Shown: piece after piece, positions 24,724-33,020 of the stretch
How the letters are laid out: the number at the start of each line of letters is the position of its first letter
Numbering within the stretch: the first letter of the stretch is position 1
Origin: a virus
Lineage: Duplodnaviria > Heunggongvirae > Uroviricota > Caudoviricetes
IMG/VR virus record: IMGVR_UViG_3300017613_003292
Span: 1-33,020 of that record
Length of the DNA stretch: 33,020 bases
Strand: one strand, 5' to 3'
Notes under the pieces: generated by a model
The model's input: only the letters and a program-made list of their open reading frames with translations
What the model was told of the DNA's origin: nothing
Database searches by the model: none
Translations under genes and position numbers: made by a program

Positions 24724-24902
24724 TTTTGCTCCTTCAGGATTGAGAGTACCGCATCAAGAGTGTCGGGGTAATTATCATGGAAAAATATTAGCTCTTCAAT
24801 GTTGATATCAATTGCAACTTGTACATCGTTTACAATGCTTTTAATTTCATTGTCATATGGGTTGACAATTTTTTGTGGAGTTGATTTTACGGTGATGTTC
24901 AT
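24720..24902 (-). CDS. Hypothetical protein
   Basis: 60 aa; AAGGA RBS; ATGA overlap with the downstream gene. Confidence 0.55.
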   Translation of the reverse strand: MNITVKSTPQKIVNPYDNEIKSIVNDVQVAIDINIEELIFFHDNYPDTLDAVLSILKEQK

Positions 24903-24924
24903 TTAATTTCCTTTTGTATAATTG

Positions 24925-24957
24925 AAAGTAAAAGGCAGGGACTTTCGTCCCTGCCTT
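24925..24957 (-). terminator. Rho-independent terminator
   Basis: Minus strand AAGGCAGGGAC-GAAA-GTCCCTGCCTT running into TTACTTT, downstream of 24999-25811. Confidence 0.8.
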
Positions 24958-24998
24958 AATGCTGACACTGCAAAATTAACTACTGTCGGAGGAAGTTA

Positions 24999-25811
24999 TT
25001 ATGCCGCAGTGTCAGGTTGGCTGTCAAAGAGTTTTTCAACCGGTTCTGTATATGGTTCCGATTCCGATGAAGTCTCTCCGTTGTTGCCTTCTCTGGAAAT
25101 AGCTGAAGCGGCGTTGTCGAGTGTTGGCATGATTCCATTCAGGTATTCATCAACCCGTCCCTTTGCTTGGTCATCCAAAAGCCCGGCTTGTTTGAATATC
25201 ACCTTGCTGTAATCGATGCCATCCCGCGATTTGTCTCGGGATAATGCAATCTCTGTCACAACATGACTCATCTTTACATAAGGCGGTTTAGTTGCCAGAT
25301 CGATCAGATATTTCTTGGCATTTTCAAGACTTGTCGGGGGTACGCTGATTACGATCGGTAATAACGATCCTTCCGTAAGCATGAATACCAAACGTCTTTC
25401 GGCGCAGGCTTTACCGTGTCCCTTGCCGTCGTTTTTTGTCTTGAATTGATTAAAATGGCATTCAAGACATTTCCCACCTGGATTTCCAGATCCATTGATG
25501 CAATCTTCTGAACTGCAATCTGGTGGTGTTCCGCCTCCAGTATATTCGTCTTTCCAATATGATCTGACCATTTTTGTCATGAGAATCACGCCCTCTATGG
25601 ACTTGACCTCTCCCTCTTCCCCGTTGACGTCTTTTACCGTCCAGAATGTACCGCCGCCTGTCGGGATTTGAATGCGTTCCAAATCTTTAAATGTAATGGA
25701 CTCACCACCGATATTGTTAGACACCAATTCTCCAATATTTACATCAGTGGTGGCCAATGCATAGTTTGACAGGTCGATTGGCACAAGTTCCTTTGTCTCT
25801 TTTTTCGTCAT
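24999..25811 (-). CDS. Putative ssDNA-binding/recombination protein (Cys-containing phage family)
   Basis: PPDCSSED...CLECHFNQF...GKACAERR...VPPTS motifs; acidic C-terminal tail; replication-module context. Function inferred. Confidence 0.6.
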   Translation of the reverse strand: MTKKETKELVPIDLSNYALATTDVNIGELVSNNIGGESITFKDLERIQIPTGGGTFWTVKDVNGEEGEVKSIEGVILMTKMVRSYWKDEYTGGGTPPDCSSEDCINGSGNPGGKCLECHFNQFKTKNDGKGHGKACAERRLVFMLTEGSLLPIVISVPPTSLENAKKYLIDLATKPPYVKMSHVVTEIALSRDKSRDGIDYSKVIFKQAGLLDDQAKGRVDEYLNGIMPTLDNAASAISREGNNGETSSESEPYTEPVEKLFDSQPDTAA

Positions 25812-25931
25812 GGTTTTACTCCAATTAAAATGTTTTTGATACTGAATTCTGGTTCTGAGCGTTGATTCTGAGTATTATTTTTTAGAAATTCTTTAGAATT
25901 TTACCACCCCCTTTCTTTAGCCTGCCAACAT

Positions 25932-26321
25932 TTACTTACTGAGTAAGCGCAAAGAAATCTTGTCATGGAATCCGATGACATCCCGGAACTGTTCTGGCAG
26001 TTCTTCGCCGGATTTTATAATCTCTCTGATGTATGCAGACAGGCTTTGATAATTTAATGTGATAATCGAATCCAGACCGAGTTCTTTGAGAACTTCTTTT
26101 GCTTTCTCTTTCTGTCCTTCTGCAATTTTGGCCCAGATTTGGCTTGATGTCGTGATGGTTTTTCCATCAATCTTGATGGAATTAACCCCTTCATTTGCGA
26201 ATGAATTGATGATCATGTCTTCGAGTAGCTTAATTTCACCTTCGATAAATTTTAACTGCTCATTCAACTTTGTTTTTTCTTCTCTTTTTTCCTTGTACTG
26301 CCTTAGAATATTAAAATCCAT
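25932..26321 (-). CDS. Coiled-coil phage replication-module protein
   Basis: N-terminal coiled coil, then GVNSIKIDGKTIT; typical of helicase/SSB clusters. Confidence 0.7.
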   Translation of the reverse strand: MDFNILRQYKEKREEKTKLNEQLKFIEGEIKLLEDMIINSFANEGVNSIKIDGKTITTSSQIWAKIAEGQKEKAKEVLKELGLDSIITLNYQSLSAYIREIIKSGEELPEQFRDVIGFHDKISLRLLSK

Positions 26322-26543
26322 TTTGTTCCCCCATTTATATTGTTTAAGTACACCGGTGTGCGCCCAATATTTTTCGTCATGGCATACCGGCAGTCCATCG
26401 ACGGAAGGATTTATTGCCTGCCCAAGACCGTTTTACGAAGAGGAGACAGGCAAAATTGTTACTCTATTTCATGTTGAACGCGACACAGTAATAGGTTAAC
26501 AAGAAATGAAATTACCCTCTTCAACCCTTGCGGGATCAATTGG

Positions 26544-26921
26544 TTATTTATCTTCCATGCGTGTGTTTCCTGGCGCGCCAGGCACGGTTTCTCCGAGCGC
26601 GGGCAGGGTTTGTCCCGGGGGGACGAAAGATCCGCGTGTCCACACAATGGGATCTGATGCTTTTGAACCTGTAATATTATAGGCATAGATTGTGTACGTT
26701 ATCACAACATCATAAGGAATGTTTAAATCATTAATGGGGAATTCGGTAACGTTACCGAGGGGACCGGAATTATAGGAAGTTGTGCCGTCTGTGAATTCGA
26801 TGTAATAACCATCGGGTACACCACCACTTGCTGGTGCATCCCAGACAACGAAGTCAGCGCCCTGTGCTGGGCCGCAAAAAACCATAATCATAAAAATACA
26901 AAAAATAATTGCGTGTTTCAT
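26544..26921 (-). CDS. Secreted single fibronectin type III-like domain protein
   Basis: Signal peptide; VVWDAP, DGYYIEF, YTIYAYN FN3 hallmarks; C-terminal VPGAPGNTR. Confidence 0.75.
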   Translation of the reverse strand: MKHAIIFCIFMIMVFCGPAQGADFVVWDAPASGGVPDGYYIEFTDGTTSYNSGPLGNVTEFPINDLNIPYDVVITYTIYAYNITGSKASDPIVWTRGSFVPPGQTLPALGETVPGAPGNTRMEDK

Positions 26922-26945
26922 GTCATACACTCCTTTGGAATAAAA

Positions 26946-27101
26946 TTATTCATCCCGTGATTCGATTCTGACATTCTCAGGCTGTCCCGGCACGTTAATT
27001 TTAACCACGCCCGGCCCCCCTACAGCATGAGCTTCATATACAAAAATAAAAAGATGACCCGCTGCCGAGCCTATCATAAGTGCCATTAAAAAAATTATCA
27101 T
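26946..27101 (-). CDS. Small membrane/secreted peptide (51 aa, not in the ORF track)
   Basis: Manual translation MIIFLMALMIGSAAGHLFIFVYEAHAVGGPGVVKINVPGQPENVRIESRDE*. Confidence 0.55.
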   Translation of the reverse strand: MIIFLMALMIGSAAGHLFIFVYEAHAVGGPGVVKINVPGQPENVRIESRDE

Positions 27102-27112
27102 TTTTTTTATCA

Positions 27113-28624
27113 TTAGAATGGTATCTCCTCTTTAACCCAATCGGGTTCATTTTCCATCTTAACATTGTTATAGATATCATTCAACATATTACGTTGCGCG
27201 TTCTTTGTCATTTCGGCAAGGCGATTGTCATCTATGATGCTACTCGCCAACTTTAATTTTCTTTGGATGGCATTATAAATGGATACATCCACGGTTTTCT
27301 GTGCATGAAAATGATAATAAATTACATCCATTGTCTGTCCTGGTCGCAGTACTCGTCGGATGCTCTGCATAAATGTACCAGCGCTGTGTCCAGTAGACAT
27401 ATAGAACACATACCTCGCTTCTGTCAAATCAATTCCCTCACTGCCGCTTCTGATCTGGACAACCAGTGCATTGGCGAATCCTTTTTTCCATTTTTCGTAA
27501 TCATTTTCCCGGCCGGATATTTCACCGACAGTTCGGCCTAATTTCTTGAGTTGGGCCTTGAGGAATGTGATTTCCGCTCTGAACCTGCAAAAGATAACGA
27601 TGGGTTCATTTTGTGGCAAATCCTGTACCTTATCTATCAATGCGTCGAGCTTGTTGGAATCAATTTTTTTGACATTACCGCCAGCCTCGCTCTGATAAAA
27701 CCCGGATGTAAACTGGGATAGCCTGAGCAGTTTAACAAGAGCATTATCAACTGATACCTCTTCATTATCAATCCATGTTACGAACTCTTTTTCAAGTTCT
27801 TTGTATTTTTTCATGGCTGAGTCTGATAATTTAATAGGAATGACTTCATGCATATGATCCGGCAGATCGAGCACGTCTTCAGCCTTGACTCTGTGTGCCA
27901 TTGAAAAAAATTTGTCTCTCATTTCATTTAAATTAACATGTTTCACAACCTGTCTGTTTTCATACCCGCCCATGACACAATATCGTGCCTTGAATTGCTG
28001 GAATGACCATCCGAAAATTTTCTGGTTAAGAAATCTGAACTGGGCATAGATGTCGATAGGACTGTGAGGCATCGGCGTTCCGGAAAGGCCGACACGGCGA
28101 CTGGCCGCTCTGCCGATCTTGGCTGCTCCCCAGGATGCCTTGCCATTTGGTGACTTGATACGGTGGATTTCATCAAGCACCATGAGATCCCATGGCAGTC
28201 CCATGAGCAATCCGGGGTGTTCGAGTTTATATTTTTTGCCAATGACCGGCCCGAGTGGCGGTCGCCAGAAAGTTTCATAATTCAGGACAGCCGCATAAGG
28301 CTCGTCGTTTATTTTGCATTCTTTGATGAACTGTTGGAGTTCTTCGGCTTTCTTTATGGTGTCGACGGCACCATTCGGTGTGTAAATTTGGAAATTTTTG
28401 TGGCTGTGGAGATCAAACTGGAGGGGCCAGACGGGGATGACAGCTTTGGGACAAATAATCAAAATTGATTTCGCATCATGTCCGTTGGCGTAATCAATAG
28501 CTGCCTTTGATTTGCCTGTTCCCATATCGAGCGCAAAATAAAAATTTTTATGATTTTTGGATAGATTCCAGGAGTCGACCTGGTGTTTCCATGGCTCTGT
28601 TTTTGACTGGGGATAATTTTCCAT
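27113..28624 (-). CDS. SNF2-family SF2 helicase/ATPase
   Basis: DMGTGKS, DEIH, GLSGTP, GSEGIDLT, QSIRRVLRPGQ; C-terminal EEIPF. Confidence 0.92.
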   Translation of the reverse strand: MENYPQSKTEPWKHQVDSWNLSKNHKNFYFALDMGTGKSKAAIDYANGHDAKSILIICPKAVIPVWPLQFDLHSHKNFQIYTPNGAVDTIKKAEELQQFIKECKINDEPYAAVLNYETFWRPPLGPVIGKKYKLEHPGLLMGLPWDLMVLDEIHRIKSPNGKASWGAAKIGRAASRRVGLSGTPMPHSPIDIYAQFRFLNQKIFGWSFQQFKARYCVMGGYENRQVVKHVNLNEMRDKFFSMAHRVKAEDVLDLPDHMHEVIPIKLSDSAMKKYKELEKEFVTWIDNEEVSVDNALVKLLRLSQFTSGFYQSEAGGNVKKIDSNKLDALIDKVQDLPQNEPIVIFCRFRAEITFLKAQLKKLGRTVGEISGRENDYEKWKKGFANALVVQIRSGSEGIDLTEARYVFYMSTGHSAGTFMQSIRRVLRPGQTMDVIYYHFHAQKTVDVSIYNAIQRKLKLASSIIDDNRLAEMTKNAQRNMLNDIYNNVKMENEPDWVKEEIPF

Positions 28625-28746
28625 ATGATATGATGCCCAACGCGGAGTACCGCTTCAAAAAAAAATCAAAAAATCATAAAAGAAAAAAATAACTACCTGC
28701 CGGTTCATGCTGGAAATTTTATTATGTCATCAGATGTCAGGTTATG

Positions 28747-29208
28747 TCAAGTGCTTTCTAATTTTTTTTCAAGTCCTTGACGAAAACCTCGGAGAGCGTA
28801 TTCCATACGCTTCAGATACTTTTGAATTTCAGCATTTTCCATGACGGCAATGTCATCCGGAAGCGTCGTGAGCTTCATGAGTTCAAAGAGATCTGTCAAG
28901 TCGTCTCTTAAATAATCATCCATGCATAATGACAATAGATAATTTTGACCCATTTTTATCATGGATACATTTCCTTTTTCGGCCTGTTGGATCATGGCGT
29001 TTATCATGGCAGATACTTGTGGAAATTTACTGTAGCAATCGGTCTGTTCACATAATTGCTTTGCGAATTCTCTGGCGCTCATTTTTATTACGATAAGAGT
29101 CGCCTGCTCCTTTGCCTCTTCGTCCTCAATAATACCATCCATCATTCCGGAGCATCCGAGAATGAATGCCATGGTGATTATTAATGATGTGATATATTTC
29201 TTATTCAT
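28747..29208 (-). CDS. Putative lipoprotein
   Basis: Signal peptide with lipobox ILGC. Confidence 0.7.
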   Translation of the reverse strand: MNKKYITSLIITMAFILGCSGMMDGIIEDEEAKEQATLIVIKMSAREFAKQLCEQTDCYSKFPQVSAMINAMIQQAEKGNVSMIKMGQNYLLSLCMDDYLRDDLTDLFELMKLTTLPDDIAVMENAEIQKYLKRMEYALRGFRQGLEKKLEST

Positions 29209-29383
29209 TGACTACTACCTCCATTTTGCTTTCTGCTATCTCGGCTCTGAGATTGCGTACTTCTTCTTCGAGCCTGGTTATTTCTTTTTGCATTATGGCA
29301 ATTGCAATCTCTTTTTTTCCCAGAAGTTCGTGTACTTCATTTATCGCCAGCCCTTGCTGGTTCTGCGTTTGCTGTTGACTCAT
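29201..29383 (-). CDS. Small coiled-coil protein
   Basis: 60 aa with heptad pattern; GGAGG RBS. Confidence 0.6.
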   Translation of the reverse strand: MSQQQTQNQQGLAINEVHELLGKKEIAIAIMQKEITRLEEEVRNLRAEIAESKMEVVVNE

Positions 29384-29402
29384 TACTACCTCCTTTGCAT
29401 GG

Positions 29403-29765
29403 TTAATATTCTATTCTTATGCCAGCTACGGCATAGTTATGCGTTATTGTAAAAGTACTACCCATTATTAACGCTCCAAGGAAAACTTTTCGATATCCTC
29501 CTGGAAGTGCGTCTGCTATAAAATATTTCATTATGTTTATTGTTACGCCGTATGTCGCAATTTGTCCTGTCGATGGCGTACCGCCAGCAATCATGCGGAT
29601 TGGCATAGCTCCTTCTTCCCGTCCCTGTTTTATTGCAGAGTCAGTTTGAATACAGTCGATAGTGTTCAATGCGACCGATGTTGTGAATAGAATTTTATCA
29701 GCAGTGTCCCACCCGGCACAGGATGCAAGGGCTGAGATTGATATAATTATTAATATTTTTTTCAT
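29403..29765 (-). CDS. Putative membrane lipoprotein
   Basis: Lipobox LASC and several hydrophobic segments. Confidence 0.7.
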   Translation of the reverse strand: MKKILIIISISALASCAGWDTADKILFTTSVALNTIDCIQTDSAIKQGREEGAMPIRMIAGGTPSTGQIATYGVTINIMKYFIADALPGGYRKVFLGALIMGSTFTITHNYAVAGIRIEY

Positions 29766-32700
29766 GTTCCAAGATATATCAAATCAGCATAAACAGTTCC
29801 AGTAAAGCCTGTCATATCATCATAAGTCCCATCATCTCCTTCAAAGGCTGCTATAATAAGACGACCGTCTTCAGCGCGTAATTTTAAATCAATCCCAGCT
29901 GTGTTTCCATAGTTTCCGCGTCCGTGTATTGATAATCCCATATATGCATCGTCTCCAAGCGCACCCGGTTTTATATATAGACCAGAACCACCGGTAGTTA
30001 AATATGCATATGTGTTTGAATTCGCTGAACCTTTCCCAAGATCATTGATGAGTGTTGTATGTAGACTTGCGTGGGCATTCTGTCTATCTTCTAAAGTAAC
30101 ATCGAGAGTAGCGCCTGTTCCTTGAGCAATTGTTATTTTTATTATTCTGAGGGCTACATATGAAAGCGCTCCTGTATATGGAAGATTAATTACACCTTGA
30201 AACGCTGCACTGTTGAAGTCTATATTGTCAGCTACAATGTCTAATTTTGTAGTATTCGCGCCTGTATATTCAAGAGATATTTGTCCATATGTACTATCAA
30301 ATCCACAGTAAAGCTTTGAATGACATTCAGAATATGTTTCTCCTGATTGTAAGTCAAGGTCTGAATAATTTAATGGAGAATCATTGTATGTTGACGTTAG
30401 TATTGTTGATGCACGGTCGGAAACATTACATGAGTCCATGTAAAGTGTAGACCTTCCACTTGTGTCAAAAACACCAATTGCAAAATAATCTTTTGCTTCA
30501 ATATATATATCTTCAAATTTTTGAGTGTTTCCTTCATGGTTGTAACCAATACGAAAAGAAGTATTACTCCCTTCGCTTGGATAGATTGCAAACGTTTCTG
30601 CATTGAAATCTGCGGCAATTCGAATATCTCTTGAATTGCTGACAGCAAAAGCAATTATTGCCCTGTCCCCAGCTGTTGATTCCATATTGATATCTGCACC
30701 GACACCCATATTAATGGTACCGTCAATGTCCATGGTCTTGCCTTTACCAAGCTTCATTGAAAAACCATCTGTCGTACCGAAATTCAAATACGACAACGTA
30801 GCACCAGTCGTACCATCTGATATGCTGAGGCCGTACTGGCCTGAATCGTATCCATAGAATACACCGGCTTCTGAATTGCTGCCGATTTCTGTTTTAGCGG
30901 TTGAACGCAATGCGCCGCCTGCTGACATAACGATACCACCGTCCGTGATTGTCACACCATCTTCAATTTCATCGACAGCTCCGTACATTTCTTTTACGCG
31001 ATCACGTCTGTAATTATAAAGCGCTAACACTTCGTCGTGGGTAAGAGCTGTTGAGTAGACCCGGCAGTCTGTGATGCATCCATCGAATTCGTAACCGGAA
31101 CTGATGTGTCTATTGCCCCATTCAATAGCACCATTATTCTGCGAACTGTTGGACCCCGTAAATGTTGTGATTCTTGAATTTGCAACACCATCGAGGTATA
31201 AACGAAGACCATTTGTATAGTCGGCAACCATGGCGAGGTGATGCCAATTGCCGTCCCACATACGCAACTCTTCATCTGCTTGGAAATAATGGTATCCGTC
31301 ACTGCCGTTATTGTTGTGTTCAATGAACATTACAAATCTTTCGTTGTTATATTCATATCTGAATTCAAGTCTGTCTTCTGTTGAACTGTCGTCCTGTTGT
31401 TTGCTGAAAAAATTTATTGATGAAGTCAAGGTTGATTCGTCTGTTGTATCAGGCTTCACCCACATACTCAGTGAAAAACTGTCGCTACCGATACATGCCG
31501 TTGAGCTGCTTGACGCAGCAAGCACATAATGGTCGGTACCGTTCAGGTGCAATGCCTGCCCCATAATTCCAGATTCAAAATCAGATGCTATCGGTGTCGT
31601 ACCGCCTATTGTCGCGTCGTTTCGATGACGAGATGCATCTTTAATGATTGTCGAACCTGCCGGGTCGTCGAATGTTAAATGCTGTACCAGATATTCGTCG
31701 GACGGAAGCAAATAGGCGTACTTAAACTGATCCGGAGTTATGCTGGGCGGAGAATTATAAAGTGCTTTAATTTGAGACGTCGTTAAAGCCTTGCTGTAAA
31801 TTCGAATGTCGTCCATCTTGCCGTCAAAATACCCGACAGCGCTGTTCATGTCCCGGCCGATGTATATTTCTGAATCGAGAGAGGCATCGTCCGGTTGATC
31901 CCATAGATTGGAACCTTCATAATCGTCACTCTTCAGTTCACCATCCATATAAAATCTGAGATATCCATCTGTACGAGCGATTACAAATGCAATCTGATGC
32001 CACTCACCATCATAGAATTCAACCCCGTCAAATCCTGTATGATTTTCGACGGCATTTGTATTTGAAGATTCATGTAGAGTCCTGAAGTAACCTTCAGTAT
32101 GATGCCACATATGATAGGTACGGTCTTCCGCGCCCTCATATCGAGAGAAAAAGTATTCATAGTTGGACGGCACACCGACAGTATTCGCCTTGGCCCACAT
32201 CACGACCGTCTGCCCTGTCGATCCATCTGCCATGAGAGCAGAAAGCGCGCTGTCATTTGGTACCCGGATATAATCTGTCGATCCGTCAAGTTCAAAGGCA
32301 TTTCCATGCATGCCCTGGCTCCACTTGGACGCAGATGACGGATCAGTCCCTCGGATTATGGCATGGATACCGTTTGGTGAGCTATCAAAGCATTGGGTTG
32401 TATTGACTTCATCAAGCTTGTAATAAATCAGAAGATCTTCATCTGTCGGAAGGGCTGCCGGTTCTTCAGATGGATATCCATGGCCTTTAGGGTTGGTGTA
32501 AAGGGCCATCATTTCGTTTTCAGTTAATGTCTTGTTGTATATTCTTAATTGAGATATTTTCCCACGAAGACCTTGCCCTATGGTGCGTGATGTCCCGATG
32601 TAAAGCGTGTCTGTTGAAGATGTTGCGTAGTCGACTCCATTGTAAGAACCGTCAAGTGCACCATTTACGAATATTCTTGCCCTTGTAGAATCAAGCGTAA

Positions 32701-33019
32701 CACCCACATGATACCATGTGTTTGACACCAAAAGTGTCTCTCCTGCATTGGAATCACGATCCCCCGCCTGGTTTGTTCTAAATTCAACATATCCATCATC
32801 ATTGACACGAAAACAATACCCATTAGTATCTAACGTTTCCCTGGAGATAATATGCCAGTTATCAGAAGCTGGATTTGGAAATGGACTGTCTTCTATTTTT
32901 ATCCATGTAGATATACTTATATCTCCTGTAAGATCAAGTGTTGAAATTGTGCCGCAATTTACATAGGTACTTTGAAGATAAATAGATGGCCCAACCGGAC
33001 CGTCGGTAAAACTTCTGGA
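29762..33019 (-). CDS. Tail fibre/receptor-binding-like protein with at least three LamG (concanavalin A-like) domains; N-terminus lies beyond the window
   Basis: Repeated W(Y/H)(H/Q)...DG...(F/L)xGxIxxxRxYxxALT LamG motifs. Manual translation shows the frame open from 32731 to the window edge (…TGDISISTWIK…), so the track's start codon is internal. Confidence 0.85.
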   Translation of the reverse strand, partial: SRSFTDGPVGPSIYLQSTYVNCGTISTLDLTGDISISTWIKIEDSPFPNPASDNWHIISRETLDTNGYCFRVNDDGYVEFRTNQAGDRDSNAGETLLVSNTWYHVGVTLDSTRARIFVNGALDGSYNGVDYATSSTDTLYIGTSRTIGQGLRGKISQLRIYNKTLTENEMMALYTNPKGHGYPSEEPAALPTDEDLLIYYKLDEVNTTQCFDSSPNGIHAIIRGTDPSSASKWSQGMHGNAFELDGSTDYIRVPNDSALSALMADGSTGQTVVMWAKANTVGVPSNYEYFFSRYEGAEDRTYHMWHHTEGYFRTLHESSNTNAVENHTGFDGVEFYDGEWHQIAFVIARTDGYLRFYMDGELKSDDYEGSNLWDQPDDASLDSEIYIGRDMNSAVGYFDGKMDDIRIYSKALTTSQIKALYNSPPSITPDQFKYAYLLPSDEYLVQHLTFDDPAGSTIIKDASRHRNDATIGGTTPIASDFESGIMGQALHLNGTDHYVLAASSSSTACIGSDSFSLSMWVKPDTTDESTLTSSINFFSKQQDDSSTEDRLEFRYEYNNERFVMFIEHNNNGSDGYHYFQADEELRMWDGNWHHLAMVADYTNGLRLYLDGVANSRITTFTGSNSSQNNGAIEWGNRHISSGYEFDGCITDCRVYSTALTHDEVLALYNYRRDRVKEMYGAVDEIEDGVTITDGGIVMSAGGALRSTAKTEIGSNSEAGVFYGYDSGQYGLSISDGTTGATLSYLNFGTTDGFSMKLGKGKTMDIDGTINMGVGADINMESTAGDRAIIAFAVSNSRDIRIAADFNAETFAIYPSEGSNTSFRIGYNHEGNTQKFEDIYIEAKDYFAIGVFDTSGRSTLYMDSCNVSDRASTILTSTYNDSPLNYSDLDLQSGETYSECHSKLYCGFDSTYGQISLEYTGANTTKLDIVADNIDFNSAAFQGVINLPYTGALSYVALRIIKITIAQGTGATLDVTLEDRQNAHASLHTTLINDLGKGSANSNTYAYLTTGGSGLYIKPGALGDDAYMGLSIHGRGNYGNTAGIDLKLRAEDGRLIIAAFEGDDGTYDDMTGFTGTVYADLIYLGT

Positions 33020-33020
33020 A

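Larger units (their letters stand above)
1..33020 (-). mobile_element. Segment of a tailed dsDNA phage/prophage genome (accessory region, replication module, tail-fibre gene)
   Basis: Dense, co-directional minus-strand gene packing with many small hypothetical ORFs, ATGA-type overlaps and AGGAG RBSs. SNF2 helicase, AEP primase, SF1 helicase, VRR-NUC and LamG tail-fibre-like genes are present; no cellular housekeeping genes. Confidence 0.9.

Noticed and set aside
32731-32731. Start of the LamG protein as given in the ORF track
   Set aside because: The codon is an internal GTG in the middle of a LamG domain; the frame is open to the window edge.
105-32966. The plus-strand ORFs in the track
   Set aside because: All are short antisense shadows of minus-strand genes, with no recognisable motifs.

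Overview
A 33-kb segment of a tailed dsDNA phage (or prophage) genome in which essentially all credible genes are on the minus strand. Following transcription (right to left) it contains: (1) a multi-LamG tail-fibre-like gene cut by the window edge, plus small lipoprotein and secreted-protein genes; (2) a replication module with an SNF2-type SF2 helicase, a putative ssDNA-binding protein, a UvrD-like SF1 helicase, an AEP/RepB-type primase and a VRR-NUC nuclease; (3) two tRNA-like elements with abnormal anticodon regions; (4) a long accessory region. The standout is a TIGR-Tas-like RNA-guided system. A Nop/IS110-C-terminal-domain gene with no nuclease domain (TasA-like, with a zinc-finger insert, 11217-12107) sits inside a 36-nt-period dual-repeat array. 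The array has two alternating 9-nt repeats separated by variable 9-nt spacers, with about 11 units downstream of the gene and about 2 upstream. Its repeats are non-canonical (TCA...TA/TT rather than CCA...TG). A second, divergent TasA-like gene lies 4 kb away (16138-17052). Other notable items are a tandem array of seven paralogous ~100-aa genes with three dispersed relatives, a 12 x 10-bp tandem repeat, a 33-bp dispersed direct repeat and a candidate -1 programmed frameshift. All family assignments come from motif recognition by eye; no database searches were run and the host is unknown.
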